A DNA stretch of 64,000 nucleotides from Raillietiella orientalis (GCA_036172245.1 JAYWIR010000030.1:310001-374000); one strand, 5' to 3'; positions 1 through 12,430 are shown, numbered from the stretch's first letter. Notes: generated by a model not told the origin, from the sequence alone. Numbers and translations: made by a program.

Positions 1-3000
1 AGTTGCTTGGAACTAGTTTTCAAAATTATGCTTCTGATACACATTAAGAGAACTTGCACGTATGCTTCTTTAAGAATTTGACCTTTATATTTGTGGAAAA
101 AATTTCGTCTTTACAAAATAACACAAATATCACGAACGCACATAATGTACATAATATACTACGCCGCATACCAACCTCTCCACATATGTATATACAGCTT
201 GAATACATGCATGCAATTCGAACGATTGTTTTTACATATCACTTCATAAATGTGCACAAAAGAGATTTATAATTACACACCCCTGAAGGGAAGTTAACAT
301 TTGATTTCGATTATTAAACGGACACAGAAGAATGGCTAGTGTTTTTATTATGCATATGCTTAATTAGCTACACAGTTACCAAAAGTTACTTAATCTGCCA
401 CAACGTCCTCTTTCCCTCATGAATTCGGGTTCCATACTAAACCGCTAAGCCTTCATAACGAAACATAATGACATTACTGACGTCTGATGCTAATTAGAAG
501 AAATGGAGAGTACCGGTGGTGCTGTTTTACTTGGTCCAAAATTCACATCGTACCGTAACCGCTTTCGAGACCGACGTTCAAATTTCGCAACGTACACTCC
601 GTGCATCGGTAACACTACCACGTTATGCTACCGAAGGTACAATAATTATAGTAGGGATAATCCAAACCGTGAAAAGGAGATCGTAGGGCTGTACAGATCA
701 CTTCAGAAACGGTGTCCAAAACTCTCCAGCAACTCATGAGAACCAAATCGATAACAAAATACACTCCGGAAGTTTTTTTTTTTTTTTTTTAACTACCAAA
801 AAATTTATCGATTTGCAGTGTTTTATGACATAGGGAAAAAAAAAAAATCATTAGAATACTGAACTGAATCCAATAAACTTTTCCTTGATTTCCAAATAAT
901 GAAACTGGACATGAGTTCCTGTTTTTCAAGTACACTGGTTTCTGAACACTACCACTAGCATGTGCACCAAGTAGTAAGTTTCCAAGGCATTTTTTAAATT
1001 CGAGTTTCTTATTCGTTTGTTTGTGGAGAGAGATCAAAAGGGAATCAAAACATAGCGACTGTTTCATATTTCTTAAGATCAATCTGGCCACCACAGAGCC
1101 TTTTGATTTAGAAATGTGTAAATGACACACAAACTGGTGCTTTCAGAAAAATTGACAAACAGTTTGAGAATTTTCTATAATGCCCTATTTTCTCTACAGA
1201 CTGTTGTCATAAAAGATAGTAGGGAATGTTGCATTATAAAAATGCTAACTTCTATAACATAGGTATATAAATTGAGGTGACTTCGTTTACATTACTTGAG
1301 AATGCCGTGTGTATTATGTGATGATAATTTTCCAACTTTAGAGCTTAGCAGTGACGAAAATTCAATACATATTATCTGACTATTAGACTGTACAGTGCTT
1401 TGTTTTGCATGGTTGAATAAAATCAGGCAGAATTGCATACTTATGGTGAAGTTATAGATAGGCAAAATTTTGACTCGAACACACATGTGCCTTTACAGAT
1501 AAATGAGCATTACTGAAAGCACAAAAACCCATAAAACAGGATCAAATTCATTTATCCTTATTTTCTATGGTAGACGTGTCTACTACTTAGCTTCCTCCTC
1601 CCTTCACCTTTTCTTACTGTGATGTTCCTTCCTAATGAGTCCCCGTTCTGAGTTGCTATTTGCAGCTTTTATTTTTGTCTTGGCTAGCAAATGACATTAT
1701 GCAGTTTATGCTTTTGACTGAATATCCATGTGAATGGTTTGTCTTCACGATCCTCGCTTTTCGGAATTCCTTTCGGAATTATAGCTTTGAAGATGTCTTA
1801 CTCGAATCATAAGATAGGCAGTTCTCTATATTAAATTCTAATATTCCAGTGACAAAGGATGTGGAAAGGTAAACGATGGAAAGATAAGTTTCTGAGTACC
1901 TTTCATGCAAATTCGGTCAAGACCAGCATCTGAAAATATCCAACTAAAAGAAAAGTTTTCGATTGAGAGTTTTGAGTAGCCCAAGTCCAACTGATAGTCC
2001 TGATAGTGGTAATCCTTACGGAGAGAAGGAACGATTCTTCACCTGAACACTTGGCTTCCCAACAAATCCTTCCCCCTGGTCTTTTGTTCCGAATGCTCAC
2101 CTCCTCACTCCTTTCTGCACATTCATGTTGACTTTTCACAGGGAGAAACACAACTTGTACAGCTGTTGTCTCGCATCTCACGACTCGTACTTTCCACGAA
2201 CTGCCGCACTTACCGTACGCAATGTGTCCGTACAACTGAATGCTTCCTTGGCATTTTTTTTTATATCCCGAAATTTATCATGAATCCCTTCCGAGAAACG
2301 GATTCCAGAAAAATCACATCAGTAGCTCCAAAGTACCAATGAAATTATGAAAACAATTATGAAAAACAATCCTTTAATTTTCTCCTTCTAAACGGAGGAC
2401 TCACAGAGGATTTAGGCAAAAGAATTGCTCAAATACGTAAACAAGCAACTGAAAGGAGGGGGGGGGAGAAATGATGATGATCACCATTATATGTTGTTTC
2501 CTAATGACTATTTGATGTAACAACAAAAATTTAATCACCTTACTGTGGAAGCCTATTGTACTCATTAAGGTGATAATTCTTAGCTTTCTTTTTGTGTCGA
2601 AAGTGTAGACCACTGTTATACGATTACTAATACTTTACATTTCGCTCGAAATTATTCGGTCACTTTTATGCTTGTGAGAGTTTTCTAAAAGCAAAGCCTT
2701 CCGACCGCATTCTCGAAGTTTCCTCCCCATTTAAGTTGACCAGGTGGAAGATATGTAACTTGGATAACCACATATGTTGGGTCTCAGCTGATCGAAAGGA
2801 AGCCGTATAAATATTGGAAACTATTCTTTAAAAAAAAAAAAAAAGAAAAGAGTAATCTCTGAAGGAAATCAAAAGAAAAAAAGAAAACTTGAAAAAACAT
2901 TAAATTTCAATTGAAAAAAAAAAAAAAAAACAAAAATACATTGCTGCATGCGACCGTTGCGAATCATTTCGAAAACGAAGGTCTTTCCAGCAGCCAAGCA

Positions 3001-3142
3001 CCTGTGTGCTGGAAGATTTCTCTTCATCGCTGCTGGGATTCACTATTCACCCTGCTATCATTTGATATTTCATTGGAAACCTATCGTGGGTTCCGGGGAC
3101 GGGAGTTTCTTCTCCGTCGGATAGGAGTTCGAACCGAGGTCC

Positions 3143-3865
3143 TTAGAATTTCTTGCGATTGGATGAGGTAATGTCTGTGACGGTCCATCTGTCTGTAGGC
3201 GCCTTTTGATAGTCGGGGTCCCAGTCGGAGAAGACGATGATGTGAGGTGCAGGAAAGTATCTGATGGATCCGTGATTCTTGGGATCAAATACGATGCCAT
3301 TTTTTAAACTTTCGATAAATCCGTACTGTACAAGTTCGCGGTTGTCGCGTGTGAGATCTTATAAGGATGATGCACTCACCGTTGTAGAGGTGAGTGGCCT
3401 TCATGCAACTTTGTAGGTAAATGGCTCCTCGTTCGAGGGATTAAAACCTGGCAAAGGTCGTCTTGCTTCAATTGCCTCGTTCATCCTTTATCCGATGAAT
3501 GTTTCGGTCACGTGAAGGTTTCTTGAGGGTGTCGAGGATGGTGAGCTGCCACATTCCCTGAGTCGTAGTCCGAGCATTCGGTTAAGATGATCTGTGTCTC
3601 GGTGTAAACGGAGACATTCTTGGATGAATGTGATACTTTTGCTGCAGAACTTTGCATGGTGGCTGAAGATGTATGGCGCATCCTTGACTGATTGTACGGG
3701 TTGGAGAATCTGGAACGCAAGGGAACATAGTGCGTGATAAAGTGAAAAAGTGGGAGCCCAGCGTGCGAGGATGTCCGTTTTCGTCACCAACTTTTGACCG
3801 AGTCGAGCCCTTCTAGAGTACTTGGTGGTGGCGAAGCACCGGTTGATGTAGGCAGCACACAGCAT
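3143..3865 (-). pseudogene. rep: Endogenous CRESS DNA virus Rep, decayed copy (EVE-A)
   Basis: Manual translation across frameshifts gives MLCAAYINRCFATTKYS (motif I region) ... ILQPVQSVKDAPYIFSHHAKFCSKSITFIQECLRL ... ILDTLKKPSRDRNIHRIKDERGN*SKTTFARF*SLERGAIYLQSC..HLYNGECIIL/DLTRDNRELVQYGFIESLKNGIVFDPKNHGSIRYFPAPHIIVFSDWDPDYQKAPTDRWTV. This is colinear with the Rep at 11.4-12.35 kb. Most of the endonuclease domain (motifs II and III) is deleted. Confidence 0.93.
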
Positions 3866-3892
3866 GGTGAGGGCACGTCTCGTATCTGAAAA

Positions 3893-3931
3893 GTGAGACT
3901 GCATATGCTGTCAGAGTGCTCTGTATATATA
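3893..3931 (-). promoter_or_regulatory. Rep core promoter of EVE-A (TATA box plus AGTCTCAC initiator-like motif)
   Basis: TATATATA at 3924-3931 and AGTCTCAC at 3900-3893; same spacing as in EVE-B. Confidence 0.6.
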
Positions 3932-4174
3932 GGCCGAGGAAGAAGGCCGTCTAGCAAATAGTGGCCCTTGACCTTGGTCTTGAAACTTGAGAAACTCTGA
4001 TAAGAGTAGGATTGTTTTCGCGTGGATCGTCACAAAGGGCTGAGTTATCTGTTTGCTGTCAATCAAAGCTGGTAATGGTAACTAATTGGAGCGCCGCGGG
4101 TTTCACAGTGCACATAAAGAGCGGGTCGTTGTGGGTAGTGTTAGTACGTCGTCAATCGGCGGAAGGGGAGGAGT

Positions 4175-5220
4175 GTGTTAGAGTTAGATTGTAGGAGGAA
4201 GAGAACTGCCAAGGATAAGGTGCGGAAGCGTCGTCCGTTGTTAAGGCGTGGTGTCTTCCGTCGTAGAACACGTATACCACGTGGACTCTTTAGACGTGGC
4301 TGGCGGCGTGGTAAGGGGAAAGAAATAGGAAAGCGCGTTTGGAGGAGAGCTTTCACTCGAAGAAGAGTTATTAGAGAGATTAGCACTGTCCAGTGCCATT
4401 TGTTTTCTTGTGCGGAAAATACGATGCGTCGTGGATGTTCGCAGAAGGAATGCAAACGTTTACGTTGTTGGATTTGCTGGAAAAGTGCAAATTTGAAGGA
4501 AATGTTGCAATTTTTCGAAGTGGTTCGTTTGATAGGGTAACGTTAGATAGGAGGGAGATGTTAGTTGTAAGGAGATGTGTCCTGGAACAGGTGAATTAAA
4601 ACGTGTTTCCTATATTATAGAGATCGTGTATTTCTTATGATAATCTAAAAATAAGGGAAGCTCAAATGATGACATGAGATTCAGAGGAACGAGAAAATAA
4701 TGATAGAAAAGATCGCAAGCTACAAAACCTGGAAGATGTGAAGTGATAGTCTGTAAGAAAGAGTAATCCATCTTTCACAAATCTTTGAGTAGTATGAGAA
4801 CTTTCCTGTTGATGAGGAATTCAGAAAATGGAAGAGTTTTCTAACATAGGAAGGTTTAAAACGCATCGATAATGATCTTTGATAACCATCAGTTACTGGG
4901 ATCGATCTTGTCGATCACCCATGTGTCAGTTGAGCAGCAACATCTATCAAGAAATTGTTTTTGAAAAGAACAAGGTGTGTTCGATGTCTAACCGAAAATC
5001 TACAGATTGGTCCCCAAGGAAAAATACCTGCCTAGAGCTTGTTCGTCTGGGATTCCAAGTTTGGCTGCTGAAACAACTCCAATTTTGTGAAAGAGATTCT
5101 CAAATCGCCGAACTGGAAAGCATCCAAGACATTCGAAAGCTCCGTTCCAGGCACCTCTATGCTCACCATCCAAGGAGAGAGAGCGTTGCTTTGAAATTCG
5201 ATGAGGTCCCACAGAAGTGA
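4175..5220 (+). pseudogene. cap: Putative CRESS virus capsid protein remnant, divergent from the Rep of EVE-A
   Basis: Very Arg-rich N-terminal arm (RRKRTAKDKVRKRRPLLRRGVFRRRTRIPRGLFRRGWRRG...RRAFTRRRV). After a frameshift comes TFTLLDLLE...FDRVTLDRREMLV, resembling the start of a circovirus-type jelly roll. Ambisense position relative to Rep. The segment past 4600 is uncertain. Confidence 0.6.
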
Positions 5221-5814
5221 AAGAGATGGAAGGGAAACTGCGAAACTCTGAGAGATAAGAAAGGGAAGTAGAGAGGAGAGTGAGTTTTTCTGTTGGCTCC
5301 AGGGAAAGAAGGAGAAATCCGAAATGACTTAGACGCAAAGTCGCTGTCCAGAAATGATTAACTCATCCGAGGTACTCTGTGACATCTCAAGAACAAAGTT
5401 GCGATTTCGACCAAGTGATTGAGAAGTGATTAGGGGATTTTTTTTTTTGCTACGTGAGGTCTTTCTTACTGCTTCTCGCGCAAGGACTGGCTGATTTGCT
5501 TTGGCAGCCGTGTTTAGAAAAAAAGGAAGAGAATCATGCATTGTGAGTATTTGATAAGCTCAAACGAGAATCAGGAGAGAAGAAAAAGAAGTAATGCCTC
5601 CGTGCTCGGTCCAGAAAAAGACTTGCTTGTGGTCAGGATCCGACTTGCTTACAAGGGTCGTTCCACCTTGCCATTCAACTACCTAACATGAATCCGACCA
5701 GGAGACTGATGGAAGCGCTGTAGGGGGTTTTGCTCCTGCACGTAGTCATGCAGTATCATCCCCTGGAAACTTAAACAATAGGTATGAAAAAAAAAAATGA
5801 CCGTAGCCACAGGA

Positions 5815-5902
5815 CCCGCGGTGGAGACCGTGTGGCTAAGGTCTCCGGGTGTGGTGCCATGCATTGCGGGTTCGAACACCCGTAAAGGACTAACGCTCTT
5901 TT
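5815..5902 (+). other. tRNA-like sequence (pseudo-tRNA or SINE head)
   Basis: D-arm/A-box-like GACCGTGTGGCTAAGGTC, B-box GGTTCGAAC and a downstream TTTT; no intact cloverleaf. Confidence 0.35.
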
Positions 5903-6238
5903 AGACACTCCGCAGACTCCAACGAATGGTGCGCTTTTTCTAATTTATGTAGTGGTTGTGGACAGAAATGCCAAACATTGCCGCTATGGAGGGCGGAAGT
6001 GATGAGAAGACTTCATCGCAAACCCCAATGCAGACGGAGGCTGTCGCTTCGAAGGATGGAAGTCCTGGGAATACAGGGATGTAGAGCCGTTTCCCAGGAA
6101 GAATAGGAGACCTGCGTGGCTCAAAATTACCAGCCTGCCTTGCTCTAGAAGGTAGGCCGATTAGACATAGCATCCTCTGAGCGTTCCTTCGCGGAGGGGT
6201 TGCGCAACGCGAAAGTCGAGAAGGGAGACCTCGATTTC

Positions 6239-6905
6239 CACCTGGATGCTCCGGGGCAGTAATAGTTTTGCAACAAAATTATTACAAAAAATTGTGACTG
6301 GACCACTGGTCTAGCCACGCCTAATTTAAAGGATACCTGCTGGGTCGCCGGTTCGCAGACCAGCATGGTCCACCACGGCGGCAGAGGGGAGGGAGCAAAC
6401 AGGAAGAAAAAAAAAATGAAAACAAAAAATAAAAATAAATACATTTTGGGGGGTTCGGGAAGGGATCACTGTTTCCTAGTGGCAGTCCGGTCCATCCTCT
6501 CTAGGATGTCGATAAGGTCTTACTGCATGTTGATTTCCAGGTGGGGCCATCGCGCTGCTATCCTAATGAATAGGACTGCAAAGTGTATAGCATCCCTGTC
6601 GCTGGATCCTCCCGTTATTTTGCTCCAAGCAGCGACGATCTCGTGTGGACAGCAAAGGACTTCCAGGGAGGCCATTGGCCTAAGGGTGTCGCGGACGAAG
6701 CGTCCCTGGAGTTGCCTTCGAGGGTTCCCAGGGCCGCGGCAAAGCATTCCTAGAGGGGCCAGAGGGCTACACAGTCCACTAATAGGTGGGGGCGATTCAA
6801 CTTTCTCAGGTTCCCGGCACCTGACACAGTTGGGATGTACACACTTCTGCGTCTAGTGATGACGGCGGGCGTTTGCACGGGAGACCCTAGCGCAGCACCA
6901 ACATC
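6239..6905 (-). mobile_element. L1/Tx1-like LINE, 3' fragment (zf-RVT C-terminus plus 3' UTR)
   Basis: HPNCVRCREPE zinc-finger region and RIAARWPHL C-terminus, followed by a GATCCCTTCCC / T-tract / structured 3' UTR shared with other copies. Confidence 0.85.
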
Positions 6906-6926
6906 GTCGATTCCAGAAAGGAGATC

Positions 6927-9490
6927 TTGAAGGACTCTGTGGTGAACAGGAGAGAAGTCGTTGAGCTGACCTGCAAAGAGGCACCTCTTGCTCAGCGACT
7001 TTCTCAGCAACTCGAAGACTGGGATGAGATGAAGCGCTCGGTTCGAACGTTCTGCACGATCTTCCCTTTAGACCGCCTCCCGCTGGGTTTGGTGAGGGAA
7101 TGTTCAATGAGCACTCGTATCTTCAAGCTCGGTGCTCGCAGGGAAGGTCAGACGTTCGTCGTCTGGCCGAGATGAAAGCCAGGGCTGAGCGACAGTCCTG
7201 GCAGTCCGGGACGACCAGGGCCAGTTTGCTCGTCCCTGGCAGAAACACGATGCAGCGCGCTCCAACTTTACTCCTCCCTGTACGCGAGAGCACCACCGGA
7301 ACGCGTCTTTGAGCAGCGACTGCTATCTGAAAGCGTTCCCACGATCAGGAAAGAGTCTTAAACGGAAGAGATCATCTCCGCCATTGGCAAGCTCAAGATG
7401 TGGAAAGTACCAGGGGAGGATAGCCTGCCGGTTGAATTTTACTAGTGTTTCGCGGCAGAGCTGACCCACTGGTGCATCAGATTTGGAAGACAAACGAGGT
7501 GCCACGAGTACACCTCCTTCCAAAGGGAGGAAACCTCCGCAACATAAGCAACTGATGTCCGAATACCGTGATCAGCACGGATGTCAAGCTTCTTGCGAAT
7601 CCATGGACTGAGCGCTTGGGGCGGTTGGCGGCAACGTTTACCAATGCGGAGAAGACCCACGCTGTTCCCGGACGAAGCGTAAAAACGAACTTTTCCTGGT
7701 GAGCTCCTGGATTTAGTTGCAACAAAGAGTTGCTCCAGTCGGCCAAAGGAATCCTGAATTCCGAGATAACCAGGGATTGGGAGGCTAGTCGAGTCGGAGG
7801 CGTCGGGAGCCTTTGCGGTCGCAGTCGATTTGCAAAAGGCATTCGATTTTCACCCAAGCGGTCGGGGCGTTTATTAAAGAATAAACTTTTCATAAGTACT
7901 GTGGGCAAAATGCGTTCGACTGTGTATACCAGGAGCTCCTTTTGGAACTTCTGGAATGCATAGGATTCCCAGATGTTCTCCTCGACTACTTGCGCTCCTG
8001 ATGGCTCAACACGATGATTGTTTTTTTCAGAGGCCGACACGTGTACGGCGTACCGGTGCGGCGCGGGATTCGGCAGGGAGACAGCCTGAGCCCGTTGCTC
8101 TTCAGCATATACTTCGTGTTAGTATTGAGAGCATACAGGACAACTCTTGCTGCTATTCCCAGATCGTGGACCGTCACGCTTGCCATGTTAGGCTGTGACG
8201 ACGATCTCCTGCTCCTGCTACCCATATCAGTCCCGGAAGCATCCCTTGAGGAATTCCTCAATTATGTGCATGGCCATCGAGAGTTGTCCCGATGTGAGTA
8301 ACAACTCCGGAGAATGGTTGCCTTGGTCCAGGATAACAAGTGAATTTACCACTGCCCCGCCAACTGTAGTACCTGAAAACAGGAGACGATCCAGGCGTGG
8401 AAAGAAACGGCAGGAGTCCGGAGCAATCGCGATGTCTCAGATTCTCCGATTACTCTCGCTGCTCATTACAGGAAATCATGGACTGCTCAAGGAAGATCAC
8501 CTGGGCACTGAACACCCCACTCGCAGCCACACTCAATATCATCCAACAAAGTGGGCATAGAGATGGCCTTGCGAGATGGGAAGTATATCCTGGAATCTTT
8601 CAGGAAAAAAGTAGCACCTGGGATGCTGGACGGCGCGTCAGCTGGCTGAAGCATTTATTTTCGCCACCCTCTTCAGAAGAATCCTTCGCTGGGTGGAACT
8701 TCTGAACATTCCCTTCGAAGTCTCAGAAATACCCCCCGTGCTTGTGAACAGCTCCACGCTTTCCCCGAAGTGGCGGGGCTCGGCATTCCTTGCTGCACTG
8801 GACGATCCCATGCACTTGTCCCCCACCACTGGACGAGATGGACTGTATCTCCAGACTGTGGCAAGTGTGGGGAACGAGAAACCTTCCTATCCCTGCTGTT
8901 GTATTGCGTTGTTGCCCTCCTGAGTGTCCGGAAACGCTTTGCTGAGGCCCTCCCCCTCCCAATGGACTGCGGCAGAAAGATGTTGCAACTCCTCTTTGCG
9001 CGCGACTCCATGCCGCCTGCAGCTTCCCTTGTAGCTCTTCGCTGCTTTTGTGGGATCCTAGTGGCGAGCGGCCGCGCCGAAAGAGGCAATCGAATAATGA
9101 GGTAATCTAAGTTGTGTGCTCCTTTAACAGAAAGGTGACAAGATAACCACATCTCTGCCAAGAGAAGGAGAAAGTTATCAACATCCTCCAGAGGATGCTG
9201 AAAGATACAAGAAGAAATCCGAGATCCCTTCCCTTCTCCTCCCTTCCAGAATATTTTCAAACAGCTCTTTTGTGTTTCTTTTGTTTTTGTTTACACCTTC
9301 TTCCACTCCCCATGTGCGCATCTCATTCGAGAGTTGTTCACGAGAAGCAGCTCTTCCAAGGCATTTCCCTTCGTAGTGAGCATGTAAAGAAGGCATTACG
9401 AAGAAAGACATTTTTATATTTCATATGACTGTTTTTTTTGAATTTTATTTTTTTCACAACAAACACCCTGGCGTGACCGGGAGAAAATAA
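6927..9490 (+). mobile_element. L1/Tx1-like LINE ORF2, decayed (RT through 3' UTR)
   Basis: KVPGEDSLPVEFY, AVDLQKAFD, VRRGIRQGDSLSPLLF, CDDDLLLLL (YADD site), PDCGKCGERE; 3' hairpin near 9466-9482. Confidence 0.9.
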
Positions 9491-10030
9491 AGGAGCACTG
9501 CTAGAGTAATACGTGAGTCGTGGGTTTCGAGTTCCCCCGCAAGATGATGCTGGTTGGCCTATATTCGGGTGTGCACTAGTGGAACCCGGAAACCGGATGC
9601 TCCCGTTGAATGGCCGGGGTTTTGAAACTGATTTTGTGGGGTCTATTCCTGAAATCAAGGAGTCGGCTCTCTTCTGGGTTGCCCCTCCAGTTGTCCAAAT
9701 GGAAACGTTTCCTCCCCCCCCTCGGCGAAGGAGCTTCCATCGAGTACCATGGAGCTGGTGGATCGATACCTCCCCAGAGTGTGAAGAGAGCTGCTTTCTT
9801 CGGGGATCGACCCTTTAGAGTAATTTGGAAAGTATCCCTCCGGGGTTCTTTTCAGTGCAATTACAAGGAGCGGCGCCCTCTGGAGATGAAATTCGAGAAA
9901 ACGGATCCTTTCCGAGTTCCCTTCGTAGGGGAAAAAAAAATGGTCCCCTCCGGAGAAAATAAGGAAGGAGGTTCCCTTCGAAGACAACCAGGGAGAAGGT
10001 TCCCTCTGGGTTTCTCTCTCAAGAATAAGA

Positions 10031-11395
10031 GTGGTCACTCCGGGACGTTTATTCCACAAAAAAAGAAACAAACCACAAACTTGGAGGGATATGTATCCCC
10101 TCAAGACACAAGAAATAGTCATGCAAAAAGTTAAACCGGGAAAACCATCGGCACGCAGGCCGGCTTCAAAAAAAGAAGAGAACAAAGGGAAAGGACACAA
10201 AATAGACAAAAAAAAACAAAGGAGGGTGGGGTCTTTGGTACTGAACGTTCCTCTTCTTCTAGAAGCGCCGCTTGACGATGGCGACTTTTCTGGGCAGATG
10301 AGACCCCCTTGCAGCTGCCTTCATAAGGTTGGCAGCTATCCTGGTGGCATCCTTTCGCTGCCAATTCCCTTCGAGCTTACGGCAGGCCATCACGATGGCG
10401 CGGATGCAACAGATTGTTGCGATCACAGCGCCCTTCTTCAGTCCGCCTTCGCTGAAGAAGCATTGCAGCAGGTCGATGGCAGTGTCCTGGAGACGATGAA
10501 GTGCCGAAGAAAGACTCCACCATAACACCTGGAGGTCAGTGCATTCCACAAGAAGGTGCGGAAGCGATTCCTTCGCCCCGCACCTGAGACAGTTCGGGGA
10601 GGCGACTCCCCTGGAAACCAGGTGTCTGAGCTGATTGCACTGGAAGCACCAGTGCAGGACTAGCAGAACATCCTGTTTCCAACGAAGCGGAAACACTGAG
10701 GTGTCCATGCAGAGAGAAGGGACCACGAGTTCTTCGGGGGATACACTAAGAAGTTCACTCCACCGAAGGAGTCCCTTTGCCCGGTGATGAGGAGTGGCAG
10801 CATCCACCAGCTCGCTCGTTTTGCAGCCACTCAGGAATTTTTCGACTCCTGCAATCCTTCAGGAGAACCTCCATCCTGCCGGTTGGCTACTGTTGTTGCT
10901 TTCCCTGAATGAAGACAGCTCTGCGGCCAGAGGTGAGACGGCTACCCGGGACCAAAGCGACTAGTCCTGCAGGATAACTCCTAGCAGTTTGCGTAGGAGA
11001 CCCTGTTGAGGTCGCAGTTGCTCTGGACGCACATCCAGAGCTTCCTGCCGGCAAGTATTCCAGTTATTGGGTCGGCAGGAAATCCAAGGATGGGCTAACA
11101 ACAACGAGGACAGATGCCTCAGAGGGTAGCCAAATCTAGTTCTTCGGCGTAGGTTGCGCGGCAGCAACGAAAGAAGACCTGCACTGCCGACACATCTCTG
11201 GAGGATGTGGCGAGCCGGAGCACACCAGTGAGAAGACCACAATTTCCCACTTAGGAAGAGAAGCTGGAACTGCACCGAGCAGCTCGCCCCATCTTTTTAA
11301 TTCTCTCGGCTGGACACTAGGGGTCGTAGCATCTGTCAGCTCTCCCATGGTCCAGCCGCTCATCATCTTCTCTCTGCCTGCGATACGGCATCCAA
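10031..11395 (-). mobile_element. L1/Tx1-like LINE C-terminal fragments plus 3' UTR
   Basis: DAATP..KGLLRWSELL..PEEL..LHWCFQCN..PNCLRCGAKESLPHLLVEC. A second fragment (GWTMGELTDATTP) abuts and truncates the viral Rep at about 11395. Confidence 0.88.
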
Positions 11396-11399
11396 TCTG

Positions 11400-12349
11400 T
11401 GAGACGATTAGCATCAGAACTGGATATATTTTTGACTGTCCATCTGTCGCTGGACATCTTGTCGTAGTTGGGCTCCCAGTTTGCAAAAACGATGATGTGT
11501 GGAGGCTGGAAGTATTTAATGCTACCTTGGTACTTCGAGTCGAAGATGATGCCGTTCTTGAGGGACTCGATAAACCCGTATTGGACTGATTCTTGGTTGT
11601 CGCGGGTGAAGTCGACCACGATGATTCTTTCACCGTTATAAATATGTGCTACGTCTGCATTTTTACATGAGTGCATGTAAATGGCATATTTTTTCAGATA
11701 AAGGAATTTGGCCATAGTTGTTTTTCCGGCTCCTCCTACTGGATCGTAGTACCAGTATATTTTACGGCTTTCAGGGTTGTGTCTGAAGATCTTTAAAATA
11801 TCCATCTGCCAACTTTTGAGTTGCATTTTTGCGAGTGGGTTAGGATGGGCTTGGCTTCGTGTTAATCTGAAGCATTCTTTAACAAAGTTAATATTTTTAC
11901 TATAAAATTTCGTGTGATTCTTAAGTATGAATTGTTCATCGGCGCCATCTTGAATGAGTGCAGCGGAGTATCTAGTGGAGAAATAGTGTTTGATCTTGTT
12001 GTCATTGGTTTTCGGTACTTACTAATTGTTCGTAGGTTTGAGGCTCGTTATGTCCGTAGGTCCAAGCGTTCTTATCCTGCTTGGTGCAGTACCTCACGTT
12101 GCTTCGTGGTGAGCCTCTCGCCTTTTCCAAGTGGCACTTCTGGAAGGGCTTGCGTCGTAGTCCGGGCATGGTGCGTGGTTCGCGTAGTTGGATGTATCCT
12201 TGGAGATGTGGCGTTCCTGTTTCGGCTGTTTCTTTTCCAATACAGGCGGAGCAGCAGTTTTGACGGCACCAGTTTTTAATTTCTTGGAAGTCTTCATCGC
12301 TGTAATTACAAAAGGTTATACACCAGTTGAAGAATAAGGAGTACGGCAT
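11400..12349 (-). pseudogene. rep: Endogenous CRESS DNA virus Rep (HUH endonuclease plus SF3 helicase), nearly intact (EVE-B)
   Basis: RCR motif I (WCITFCNY), II (TPHLQG), III (YCTK); Walker A (GGAGKT), Walker B (IVVDFTR), motif C (IIVFAN), Arg finger (DRW). Putative intron at 11972-12022, one 4-nt insertion at 11956-11959, and the extreme C-terminus replaced by LINE sequence. Confidence 0.97.
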
Positions 12350-12375
12350 GTTGGCACTTGGTAATTCTGTATATG

Positions 12376-12414
12376 GTGAGACTTGGCTTTCGGCTCTTGA
12401 CGGTGGTTTATATA
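12376..12414 (-). promoter_or_regulatory. Rep core promoter of EVE-B (TATATAAA plus AGTCTCAC)
   Basis: TATATAAA at 12414-12407, AGTCTCAC at 12383-12376, ATG at 12349. Confidence 0.65.
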
Positions 12415-12430
12415 CTGCCCAACTGTGCAG

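Noticed and set aside
789..2235. Exon-like minus-strand segments at the left end
   Set aside because: Multiple stops in all plausible frames and no recognisable family.
3488..5340. Minus-strand reading as a gB-like/env glycoprotein remnant (several NxS/T sequons)
   Set aside because: 3488-3865 is explained by the Rep alignment, and the rest is better explained as the antisense of an Arg-rich capsid; the frame has many stops.
11317..11400. Functional Rep-LINE fusion protein
   Set aside because: The Rep frame reads into LINE sequence out of the LINE's coding frame and stops within about 25 codons; this is a junction artefact.
11995..12022. Alternative 28-nt intron that would restore the EVE-B Rep reading frame
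   Set aside because: No pyrimidine tract, shorter than host introns here, and the EVE-A alignment supports the 11972 acceptor. It cannot be fully excluded without RNA data.
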